Of a stretch of 38,976 nt of DNA, positions 8,155-16,693 are shown piece after piece. The notes beneath the pieces were generated by a model, which saw only the letters and a program-made list of their open reading frames with translations, was not told the DNA's origin and did not search any database. Position 1 is the stretch's first letter; the number at the start of each line of letters is the position of its first letter. A program made the translations under genes and the position numbers. The DNA lies in IMG/VR virus record IMGVR_UViG_3300037307_000199, positions 1 through 38,976 of that record; one strand, 5' to 3'. Source of the stretch: a virus. Its lineage: Duplodnaviria > Caudoviricetes.

Positions 8155-8586
8155 ATGGCTCGTCGCCCTCCCCGTATCTGCACCCGCTGCGGATCCCCTA
8201 TCACCACCGGGGGGGAGTGCCCTATCTGCAAGAAGCGGAGGCAGACTCAAGACGCTCGAGAACGGGGCCCAGAGAACCGGATCAACTACGGCCCCGAGCA
8301 CCGGCGCCGCTTCCGCCCCGGCGTACTCGCGCGGGATCCGGTCTGCCGATGCACCGACCCTGACTGCCCAGCACACCCCGGCCGGCCTGAGTGCCGGCAC
8401 CTCTCGACCGTGGCCGACCACTACCCGCTGACCAGGCGCGAGCTCGTGGCCCACGGCCTCGACCCCGACGATCCTCAGCACGGGAGAGGACTATGCAAGA
8501 CCTGCCACGACCATCACACGGCCAGCGACCCGCGAACCGCTGGCGGGTGGTATAAAAGGACAAAACAGACAGGCCGCAGGGGGTAG
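8155..8586 (+). CDS. HNH endonuclease (packaging-associated type)
   Basis: CTRCG...CPIC; VLARDPVC...STVADH...RGLCKTCH..HT; upstream of terminase module. Confidence 0.85.
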   Translation: MARRPPRICTRCGSPITTGGECPICKKRRQTQDARERGPENRINYGPEHRRRFRPGVLARDPVCRCTDPDCPAHPGRPECRHLSTVADHYPLTRRELVAHGLDPDDPQHGRGLCKTCHDHHTASDPRTAGGWYKRTKQTGRRG

Positions 8587-8670
8587 GGCGTATGGATCAC
8601 GTCGTTTTTTTCACCACGGAAAACTCGCGGGTAGCTTTGGTCCTTTGCGCCGGGGTTATGCCGTTCTAGT
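8575..8670. other. Candidate cos / packaging initiation region
   Basis: Mostly non-coding, lower-GC gap after HNH starting GGGGTAGGG with a T-tract; position typical of HNH/P27-terminase cos phages. Confidence 0.45.
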
Positions 8671-8684
8671 GGGATAGGAGACCC

Positions 8685-9203
8685 ATGCCAACCAAGACCA
8701 AAACAGCCACGCCCAAGATCGAGACCGTGGATCTCAGCACCCTCAGACAGGATCCGACCAACGCCCGGGTGCACGGCCGCCACAACCTCGCCTCGATCGC
8801 ATCCTCGCTCGTTCGGTTCGGACAGGTGCGGCCGCTCCTCGTGACCAAGGACGGGATGATCCTGGCCGGCAACGGCACCTACGAAGCCCTGAAGCACCTC
8901 GGCCTCGAGCAAGCCCTCGTGATGCGCCTGCCTTGGGACGACCCCGAGAAGTGCCGCGCCTACGCGATCGCCGACAACCGCACCGCCGAGCTCGCCTCCT
9001 GGGACGACGAGATCTTGAACGAGCAGCTCGGCGACCTGGCCCGGGCCGGGATCAATATGGGGACCCTCGGGTTCACCGACCTGGGCTCGATCGATCCCGA
9101 CGATCTCGACGCCGGCGAGCGGGAGTCGGCGCTCTCCTACCGGTGCCCGTCTTGCGGCTTCCGGTGGCGCTACGAGGACGGGGGGGCGGTGGTCCCGCTA
9201 TGA
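8685..9203 (+). CDS. ParB/Srx N-terminal domain protein 1
   Basis: L..DP.NARVH...I..SL.RFGQ.RPLLV...ILAGNGT..A...YAIADNRTAELA.WD; C-terminal CPSCG. Confidence 0.85.
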   Translation: MPTKTKTATPKIETVDLSTLRQDPTNARVHGRHNLASIASSLVRFGQVRPLLVTKDGMILAGNGTYEALKHLGLEQALVMRLPWDDPEKCRAYAIADNRTAELASWDDEILNEQLGDLARAGINMGTLGFTDLGSIDPDDLDAGERESALSYRCPSCGFRWRYEDGGAVVPL

Positions 9204-9706
9204 CTCTGACCGTCGAACGGGTGAAGCTCGACGCCCTGGCGCTCGACCCCGCCAACGCCCGCACCCACGACAAGCGCAACCTGAACGCGATCCGACACTC
9301 GCTCGAGCGCTTCGGCCAGACCCGGCCGCTGGTGGTGTCCGAGGACCTCATGGTGCTGGCCGGCAACGGGACGGTGGAGGCCATGCGATCGCTTGGCTGG
9401 ACCGAGGCCCTCGTGACCCGGGTCCCGTTCTCCACACCCGAGGAGGCCCGCGCCTTCGCCCTCACCGACAACCGCTCGAGCGAGCTCGCCCAATGGAACA
9501 AGCCCGTCCTGCTCGAGGCGCTGCGTGAGCTCGCCCTGGCCGGCTGGCAGCTCGAGGAGCTCGGCTTCCGCGCCGAGGACCTGGCCGCCTACCGCAAGCG
9601 GGAGGACAAGGAAGCGCCGGCCGACTTCCCCAGCTACGGGGAGGATATCGAGACCGAGTTCTGCTGCCCGACCTGCGGCTACGAGTGGAGCGGGAGACGG
9701 GAGTGA
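9200..9706 (+). CDS. ParB/Srx N-terminal domain protein 2
   Basis: DPANARTH...SLERFGQTRPLVV...LAGNGT...DNRSSELA.W; C-terminal CPTCGYEW; ATGA overlap. Confidence 0.85.
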   Translation: MTLTVERVKLDALALDPANARTHDKRNLNAIRHSLERFGQTRPLVVSEDLMVLAGNGTVEAMRSLGWTEALVTRVPFSTPEEARAFALTDNRSSELAQWNKPVLLEALRELALAGWQLEELGFRAEDLAAYRKREDKEAPADFPSYGEDIETEFCCPTCGYEWSGRRE

Positions 9707-10728
9707 ACCTGCCGCCCTACATCGTGCCGACCATGACCGAGATCCGAGACACGCCCTGGAACGGCCTCACGGTCGCCAGCCTGTTCGCCGGCGGGGGCGG
9801 CTCGAGCACCGGCTACCGCATGGCCGGCTATCGGGTCGCCTACATGAACGACGTCGTACCCGAGGCCCGGGACACCTACCGCGCCAACGCCGCCGACTAC
9901 ACCGTGATCGACGGCTCCGACGTCCGGACCGTGAAGGGCTCGACCATCCTCGACGCGGTGGAAGCCCTGGCCGGCCGGCGCGAGCTCGACGTCCTCGACG
10001 GGTCGCCACCATGCCAGGCCTTCTCGACCGCCGGCCCACGGCAGAAGACCTGGGGCCACGTGGCCGCCCACGCCGACGGGACCACCCAGCGCTCGGACGA
10101 TCTATTCTTCGAATACACCCGGCTCCTGGACGAGATCCGGCCGGCCGCCTTCGTGGCCGAGAACGTCTCCGGACTCCTCAAGGGCATGGCCCGGGGATAC
10201 TTCCGCCGGATCCTCGCCGCCCTCAAAGAGCCGGGCTACCTGGTGGAGGCCAAGCTCCTCGACGCGCAATGGTTGGGGATCCCACAGATGAGGCAGCGCG
10301 TGATATTCCAGGGGGTGCGCCAGGACCTGGCCGACGCCGGGCTCCGGCCGGCCTTCCCGACACCCCTCCCCTACCGCTACCCGCTCGCCACCGTATGCCC
10401 GGGGATCATCCGCCTCGAGGTGTCCGGCTATGGCAAGATCCAGGTGGACGACACCCTCAAGATCCCGAGCCGCACCATCGCCGCCTCGGGGTACTCGAGC
10501 TACAGCCGCGACTACTGGCTCGTGGACGCCGAGGGCAACCGGCGGAAGTTCACGATCGACGAGATCAAGGCCCTCTGCTCGTTCCCGCCCGACTACGTGG
10601 TGACGGGCACCTACGCCCAGCAATGGACCAGGATGGGGAACAGCGTGCCGCCGATGATGATGCGGGCGGTCGCCGCGGCCGTCCGGGACGAGATACTGAC
10701 ACCGTGGAAGGGACACGCCGATGGGTAA
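9703..10728 (+). CDS. DNA (cytosine-5) methyltransferase
   Basis: Motif I SLFAGGGG, IV GSPPCQAFS, VI ENV, VIII QMRQR, IX-X R.FT..E...L.SFP...GNSVPP. Confidence 0.93.
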   Translation: MNLPPYIVPTMTEIRDTPWNGLTVASLFAGGGGSSTGYRMAGYRVAYMNDVVPEARDTYRANAADYTVIDGSDVRTVKGSTILDAVEALAGRRELDVLDGSPPCQAFSTAGPRQKTWGHVAAHADGTTQRSDDLFFEYTRLLDEIRPAAFVAENVSGLLKGMARGYFRRILAALKEPGYLVEAKLLDAQWLGIPQMRQRVIFQGVRQDLADAGLRPAFPTPLPYRYPLATVCPGIIRLEVSGYGKIQVDDTLKIPSRTIAASGYSSYSRDYWLVDAEGNRRKFTIDEIKALCSFPPDYVVTGTYAQQWTRMGNSVPPMMMRAVAAAVRDEILTPWKGHADG

Positions 10729-11185
10729 ACGAGGACCAGCTCCGACACCGACCCGGCTCCGACTCCTCAACGGGGAGAGCAAGCCCTCGAGGATCAACCG
10801 CAAGGAGCCGATCCCGCGCGACGTCCTACCCGAACCTCCGGACTGGATCTCGGCCGAGGTGCGCGAGGTCTGGGACCGCACCCTGGCCGAGCTCAAGGCT
10901 ATGGGCCTCGCTCATTCGGCCGACCGCGACTGCCTCGTGATCTACTGCCAGGCCGTCGTGACCTACCAAGAAGCGGCCGAGATCGTGGGCAAGGCCGGCC
11001 TGCTCCTGAAGGGCAGGGACGGCGGCGCCGTGCGCAACCCGGCCGCCGCGATCATGCGGGACAACGCCCAACTGATCCGGCAGTTCGCCCAGGAGTTCGG
11101 GCTGACACCTTCGGCCAGGACCGGCCTCGAGGTCGAAAAAGGGGAGGAGCCCGGTGCCCGCTCCGCCGCCCGATACCTCAGCTAA
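10721..11185 (+). CDS. Terminase small subunit, P27 family
   Basis: GKRGPAPTPT.L..L.G; PPDW.S; YCQA; NPA...EFGLTPSAR. Confidence 0.92.
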   Translation: MGKRGPAPTPTRLRLLNGESKPSRINRKEPIPRDVLPEPPDWISAEVREVWDRTLAELKAMGLAHSADRDCLVIYCQAVVTYQEAAEIVGKAGLLLKGRDGGAVRNPAAAIMRDNAQLIRQFAQEFGLTPSARTGLEVEKGEEPGARSAARYLS

Positions 11186-13115
11186 GACCACCTGCCTGCG
11201 CTGCGGGGATCCGATCGCGCCCACCGTCGGCCGTGGCCGGCCCCGGAAGTTCTGCTCGCCAAAATGCGCGAAGGCCTTCGAACGAGCCCAGAAAAGGCCG
11301 GCCAAAATACGCGTGGTCAAAGCTCCGCTTCAGAAACGCCCCACCGCGGCCACCAGGAGCCCCGTGGAGCCCACGCCGGCACCCGCCAAGCGTTCTACAC
11401 CCCGATGCGGCCGTGGACCTCAGAAGCTCCCCGAGTGCGGTCGGACCTATATCCCGCCCAAAGGGCCGGCGGTCGTCTGCCACGAGCGGGGGCCACACTT
11501 CTGCAAGCCCCGGGCCCTACACGCCGCCGGGTTCATCGAGGAGCTCTGCGTCCACACGAAAGGGGTCTACCGCGGCCGGCGGTTCATCCTCGCCAAGTGG
11601 CAGCGCGAAGAGATCATCTGGCCGTTGTTCGGCTGGGTCCGGTGGAGCGACGAGTTCGGGACCTACGTCCGGCGGTACTCGATCGCCTGGATCGAGATCG
11701 GGCGCAAGAACGGGAAGAGCGAGCTCCTCGCCGCGATCATGCTCTACCTGCTGGTGGGTGAGGCCGAGCCCTCCGGCGAGCTCTATGGGGTAGCCCGCGA
11801 TATCGACCAGGCCGCCAAGATCTTCGACGTCGCCTCTCAGATGGTCCTGCTCGAGCCCCTCCTCGCGCGCCGGCTCACGGTCCGGGAGCACAACAAGCGG
11901 ATCATCGACCGGCAGCACAACAGCTTCTACCGCCTGATCCCGGCCGACGCGAAGGGCGAGCTCGGGGGCAACGTCTCCGGCGTCGCCGCCGACGAGATCC
12001 TCGCCTGGCGGGACGGCTCGATGTGGACGGCGCTCCGGACCGGCATGGGATCCGGCGCCCGGCTGCAGCCGCTCCTGATCGCGGCCACCACCGCGGGCGA
12101 CGACCCCTCGGGGTTCGGCGCCGCCATGCACGCCGAGATGGAGCGGATCCTCGAGGACCCCGACCGGGCGCCTCATATCTTCGTATTCATGCGCAACATG
12201 CCGCAGGACGCCGACCCGTTCTGCGAGGACAACTGGTACTGGCCCAACCCCGCCCTGGGCGACTTCCTCTCGCTCGACGCCATGCGCCAGGAAGCGCTCG
12301 AGGCCGCCAACGACCCGATGCAGGAGAACGGCTTCCGGCAGTTCCGCTGCAACCAATGGGTGCAGCAGGCCTCGAGGTGGATGCCGATGCACCGCTACAA
12401 GGCCTCGGCCGGCGACGTCTGGCTGACACCTCACGCCCACCGGGACGACTACGCCGGCCGGACCGCCTTCTGCGGACTCGACCTCGCGGCCAAGTTCGAC
12501 CTGGTATCGTGGTGCCTGGTAGTACCCGACGACGACGGCGCCTGCGACGTATTCTGGCGGTTCTGGCTCCCCGAAGCGACGATCCCGGCCCTCGACAAAG
12601 CCAACGCCGGCAAGATATCGGGCTGGGTGCGGGACGGCTGGATCTCGATCTGTGAGGGGGAAGTGATCACCTACGACGACCTCTACGAAGCGATCGGCCA
12701 GGACGCCGAGCACTACGCGATCCGGGGCGGCGGCGCCGACCGGTGGAGCATGATGCCCGTGATCCAGGAGATCGCCAACCGGACCAGCCTACCGGTGGAC
12801 GAGGCCCTGATGCTCGTCGACCAGACCTACAAGGGCATGAGTCCAGGTATGCTGGAGCTGATGAGCCTCGTAAAACAGAAGCGCTTCCGCCACCACGGGA
12901 ACCCCGTGGCCGCCTGGTGCTTCGACAACGTGCAGGTGCGCAAGGCACCCTACGACCCCGAGCTCATCCGACCCGACAAGCCCGACCGAGCCAAGACCGG
13001 AAAACGGATCGACGCCGTGCCGGCCGCGGCTATGGCCGTGGACGCTTGGAAGTCCCGCGGGGCGATGGAGCCTCCGCGATCCGCCTACGAGGACGCAGAC
13101 CTGATGGTGCTATGA
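11154..13115 (+). CDS. Terminase large subunit with N-terminal Cys-rich extension
   Basis: Walker A GRKNGKS, Walker B AADE, TTAG, GLDLA..FD, RIDAV; GGAGGAG RBS before GTG 11154. Confidence 0.95.
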   Translation: MPAPPPDTSAKTTCLRCGDPIAPTVGRGRPRKFCSPKCAKAFERAQKRPAKIRVVKAPLQKRPTAATRSPVEPTPAPAKRSTPRCGRGPQKLPECGRTYIPPKGPAVVCHERGPHFCKPRALHAAGFIEELCVHTKGVYRGRRFILAKWQREEIIWPLFGWVRWSDEFGTYVRRYSIAWIEIGRKNGKSELLAAIMLYLLVGEAEPSGELYGVARDIDQAAKIFDVASQMVLLEPLLARRLTVREHNKRIIDRQHNSFYRLIPADAKGELGGNVSGVAADEILAWRDGSMWTALRTGMGSGARLQPLLIAATTAGDDPSGFGAAMHAEMERILEDPDRAPHIFVFMRNMPQDADPFCEDNWYWPNPALGDFLSLDAMRQEALEAANDPMQENGFRQFRCNQWVQQASRWMPMHRYKASAGDVWLTPHAHRDDYAGRTAFCGLDLAAKFDLVSWCLVVPDDDGACDVFWRFWLPEATIPALDKANAGKISGWVRDGWISICEGEVITYDDLYEAIGQDAEHYAIRGGGADRWSMMPVIQEIANRTSLPVDEALMLVDQTYKGMSPGMLELMSLVKQKRFRHHGNPVAAWCFDNVQVRKAPYDPELIRPDKPDRAKTGKRIDAVPAAAMAVDAWKSRGAMEPPRSAYEDADLMVL

Positions 13116-13128
13116 AGGAGGCCGCCCG

Positions 13129-13338
13129 ATGCAGAAGAGGCTTAGACAATACGAGGGGCGGCAGATAGTGGCCGTCCTCGAGGAGGGGAGCCTCGCCGGG
13201 ACCCTCACCTCCGCCGGCCGAGACGAGCTCCTGCTCTCCTCGGCCTACTTCCTCACGAACAACCTGCCGAGCCGGCCGGTCGATGGTGTGGTCGTCCTAC
13301 CATATGCCTCGATCGCATGGGTCCAGGTGGCATCATGA
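13129..13338 (+). CDS. Small protein between terminase and portal (Sm-like beta pattern)
   Basis: AAGGAGG RBS; G..I...L.EG.L.G.L...DG.VVLP...I.WVQV. Confidence 0.7.
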   Translation: MQKRLRQYEGRQIVAVLEEGSLAGTLTSAGRDELLLSSAYFLTNNLPSRPVDGVVVLPYASIAWVQVAS

Positions 13339-15284
13339 GCCCGGTATTCCAGACCCTCGGGGAGCTCGGCGCCTGGTACAGCGCACAGCCGAGCCCGCCC
13401 GGCCTCTACGTGGTCGACCCCGGGATCCCGCTCACCACCTACTCGAGCCCGATCGACGGGATCTGGTCGAGCCAGCCCTCCGTGAGGAAGGTCGTCGACT
13501 TCATCGCCCGCAACGTCGCCTCGACCCCGCTCCACGCCTACGAGCGGGTGAGCGACGCCGACCGGCAGCGCCTCGACCCCGAGCATCCTCTATCGCAGGT
13601 CCTCGCCCAGCCCTCGCCCAACATCCCCGGCGAGCCGGCCGCCGTGACCGCCTATCGGTTCTGGCATATGCTCCTGGTCGACTGGCTGATGTTCGACCGC
13701 TGGGCCGCCATGAAGCTCGAGATCGGTGGACAGCTCAAGCTGCAACGCTTCCCCGCGAGAAGCTTCAACCTGATGATCGACCACCTCGACCGCGTGGTGG
13801 CCGTGCGCTTCTGGGACGCGAACGGGCGAAGCCAAGACCTCGACCCGGCCAGGTTCGTGTGGGACTCCGGCTATACCGACCCGGCCAACAAGTACCAGAG
13901 CCCGGGCACCGCCGGCACCTCGCCTATGGCGACGATCCAGGCGATCCTCCAGGAGGCCGCGGAGGCCGTCGCCTTCCGGCGATCGGTCTGGGCCAACGGT
14001 GCGCGGATCCCCGCCGTGATCCTCCGCGACCGGCCCTGGCCGGCCGACGGCAAAGCCCGAGAAAACTTCAAGGCCTCGTGGCAGGCCTTCGTGAAGGGCG
14101 GGAACAAGGAGGGCGGGACCCCGATCCTCGAGGACGGCATGAAGCTGGACACGATCGACGCCTTCAAGCCTCAAGACACCGGCGACCTCGAGGGCCGCAA
14201 GCTGACCGACCAGGAGGTGGCCGGCTTCTATCACATCGCCCCCGAGCTCGTCGGGGCCCGCGAGGGCAACTACTCGAACATGGACGCTTTTCGCCAGGGC
14301 CTCTACCGGGAAAGCCTCGGCCCGTATATCTGGGAGTTCACCGCGGCGATCAACCTCTGGCTGACGCCCGAGCTATCAGACGGGAAGAACCTCTACGTCG
14401 AGGCCGACCTGGACGCGAAACTGGCCGGCTCGTTCCAGGAGCAGGCCCAAGTGCTGCAGACGGCCGTGGGCGCGCCCTGGCTCCTACGCTCCGAGGCCCG
14501 CGCCCGGTTCAACCTCCCGGAGATCTCCGGGACCGATCAGCTCGTGGTCCCGCTCAACGTGCTCGTGGGCGGGCAAGCCTCGCCCACCGACAGCGGCAGC
14601 CAGAACGTGAGCTCCGGCCGGCCCGAGCTCAAAGCCCGGGCGACGGTCAAGCCGCCCTCGACCTACGTCGCCAAACTGCACCAGGTGCTCGTCGACTACT
14701 ACCGGCGACAGCGGACCGTGGTCAAGTCTCAGATCAAGGGCAAGGCCAAGGCCGAGTGGTGGGACGAGGCCCGCTGGAACAAGGAGCTGACCCAGGACCT
14801 GCTACCGGCCGCCTACCTGCTCGCGACCCAGGCCGGCCGCTCGACCTTCGAGCAGCTCGGGATCCCCGAGGACGAATACGACGCGGACCGGACCCTCAAC
14901 TTCCTCTCGACCATGAGCAACAACAACGCGAAGAAGATGAACGCGACCACCTACGACCAGATCGAGGAGGCCCTCCTCGAGGAGGACTGGGAGAGCGCCT
15001 ACGACGAGGTGTACGACGAGGCCGAGGGCTGGCGGTCCGACAACGCGGCCGGCGTCCTCGCCACTTCGCTCGCCGCTTGGGGGGCGCTCGAGGCCGGCCG
15101 GCAGGCCGGCGGCGGGACCCAGAAGATCTGGATCACCGGCCCCAACCCGCGGCCCTCTCACGCCGAGATGGACGGCGAGATGGTGCCGATCGACGAGCCA
15201 TTTTCGAACGGCTCCGACTGGCCGGCCGACGGCATGGACGGCGAATATGGGTGCAACTGCAGCCTGGAGATCTACCGCCCATGA
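13335..15284 (+). CDS. Portal protein (HK97 family) fused to a MuF-like domain
   Basis: VR.VVDFIA.NVA..P, G.SP, NG, LEDGM, YSN, GGQASPTD portal end; C-terminal K.W......RPSH..MDGE.VP.DEPFSNG..WP......GCNC. Confidence 0.9.
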   Translation: MSPVFQTLGELGAWYSAQPSPPGLYVVDPGIPLTTYSSPIDGIWSSQPSVRKVVDFIARNVASTPLHAYERVSDADRQRLDPEHPLSQVLAQPSPNIPGEPAAVTAYRFWHMLLVDWLMFDRWAAMKLEIGGQLKLQRFPARSFNLMIDHLDRVVAVRFWDANGRSQDLDPARFVWDSGYTDPANKYQSPGTAGTSPMATIQAILQEAAEAVAFRRSVWANGARIPAVILRDRPWPADGKARENFKASWQAFVKGGNKEGGTPILEDGMKLDTIDAFKPQDTGDLEGRKLTDQEVAGFYHIAPELVGAREGNYSNMDAFRQGLYRESLGPYIWEFTAAINLWLTPELSDGKNLYVEADLDAKLAGSFQEQAQVLQTAVGAPWLLRSEARARFNLPEISGTDQLVVPLNVLVGGQASPTDSGSQNVSSGRPELKARATVKPPSTYVAKLHQVLVDYYRRQRTVVKSQIKGKAKAEWWDEARWNKELTQDLLPAAYLLATQAGRSTFEQLGIPEDEYDADRTLNFLSTMSNNNAKKMNATTYDQIEEALLEEDWESAYDEVYDEAEGWRSDNAAGVLATSLAAWGALEAGRQAGGGTQKIWITGPNPRPSHAEMDGEMVPIDEPFSNGSDWPADGMDGEYGCNCSLEIYRP

Positions 15285-15454
15285 GCCCAAAAACTGCCAT
15301 ACGGCCCAAAAAGCCCTATACCTCTAAAACGCTCTCAGATGCCCCACGTCGCGTTGGACCCCCGCGGGCGGTAGTTTCTACCTTTGCGGCGTTTCGTGAG
15401 TTTTCGGCTTATCTAAAGGCTTTGTGGGCATCGGCCCCGGGGAGGACGATATGA
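15281..15454 (+). CDS. Possible 57-aa ORF of atypical, lower-GC composition
   Basis: ATGA overlaps with both portal stop and protease-fusion start; codon usage unlike neighbours. Confidence 0.3.
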   Translation: MSPKTAIRPKKPYTSKTLSDAPRRVGPPRAVVSTFAAFREFSAYLKALWASAPGRTI

Positions 15455-16674
15455 GCAAGATCAGGGTCGTGATCGGTCCTCCGTGCTCCGGAAAGTCGAC
15501 CTACTGCCGCGCCAACGCCGCGCCCGGCGACGTGATCGTGGACTTCGACCAGATCGCCCTCGCCCTCGGGAGCACCGACCCCTACACCTACCCGGCCGGC
15601 CTCGCCGAGGTGGCCCACGCCGTGCGCAAGGCCGCGGTCGACCGGGTGCTGGCCGGCATCGAGTCCGACGCCTGGGTGATCCACACCTGCCCGGAACCCG
15701 ATCGCCTCGAGGCCTACCAGAAGGCCGGCGCCGAGTTCGTGATGTTGGACCCCGGCCCGGAGGAATGTATCCGCCGAGCCCTCGAGGACGGCCGGCCCGC
15801 CGGCACCGTCGACGTGATCGAAGAATGGTACAAGAGCCCGCCGGCACTACCCGACGCGGCACCTCGCAAAGGAGGCCCCAGCATGTACAAGCTCTACCGC
15901 GCCCAGATCAAGACCGACGAGGCCGAGCAGGGGATCGTGGAGATGCTCGTCTCCACCTACGGCATCGACTCCTGGGGGGACCGGGTCATGCCGGGGGCCT
16001 TCAAGGAGACGCTGGAAGAATGGAAGTCCAGCGACCGGGTCCTGCCCTACATCTGGAGCCACCAGCACGACAACCCGATGATGCACATCGGCGTGGTCCT
16101 CGAGGCCGAGGAACGGCCGGCCGCGAAAGACTTCCCGGGCGGCCTCTGGATCAAAGCCCAGATCGACATGGAGGACGTACCCGAGAACCGGGAAGCGAGG
16201 AAGGCCTATCGCCTGCTCAAGGGGAAGCGGGTCACTCAGGCCTCGTTCGCCTACGACGTCCTCGAGGGTGGACCAGCCAAGGACAACGGCCGGGATATCT
16301 TCGAGCTCCGGAAGCTGAAGCTCTACGAGGTGGGGCCGACCCTGATCGGCATGAACCAGGAGACGCAGCTTATCAACGCCAAGGCGATCGCCAACCTGCA
16401 CGAGGGCCTGAAGATCGGGCGCACCCTCTCGGCCAAAAACGAAGAGCTGATCAGATCCGCGCACGAGTCGCTCGGGACCGTCCTCACCGCCCTCGAGGAA
16501 ACCGGTGACAAAACGGGCGAGCATGTTATCGTGGACGAGTCTCCCCCGCTCAAGAGCGGCAGCGAGCCGGCCAAGGACGAGGAGCCTTCACAGGCCAAGT
16601 CCGAGGAGCCCATGCGTGTGACGCCTCTCGAGCTCGTAGAACACAACCTGCAAGCGCTGGAGCTAGGCCTCTAG
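15451..16674 (+). CDS. P-loop ATPase/kinase-like domain fused to HK97-family prohead protease
   Basis: GPPCSGKST Walker A and VIVDFD; protease part DSWGD.VMPGAF...WSH...IG...GLW...SFAY...LYEVGPT..GMN; internal AAGGAGG + ATG 15883. Confidence 0.85.
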   Translation: MSKIRVVIGPPCSGKSTYCRANAAPGDVIVDFDQIALALGSTDPYTYPAGLAEVAHAVRKAAVDRVLAGIESDAWVIHTCPEPDRLEAYQKAGAEFVMLDPGPEECIRRALEDGRPAGTVDVIEEWYKSPPALPDAAPRKGGPSMYKLYRAQIKTDEAEQGIVEMLVSTYGIDSWGDRVMPGAFKETLEEWKSSDRVLPYIWSHQHDNPMMHIGVVLEAEERPAAKDFPGGLWIKAQIDMEDVPENREARKAYRLLKGKRVTQASFAYDVLEGGPAKDNGRDIFELRKLKLYEVGPTLIGMNQETQLINAKAIANLHEGLKIGRTLSAKNEELIRSAHESLGTVLTALEETGDKTGEHVIVDESPPLKSGSEPAKDEEPSQAKSEEPMRVTPLELVEHNLQALELGL

Positions 16675-16693
16675 CCAAAGGAGGGAACACCGC

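Noticed and set aside
8685-9706. ParB genes as a plasmid-prophage partition system
   Set aside because: No ParA, no HTH domain or parS array; context is methyltransferase and terminase
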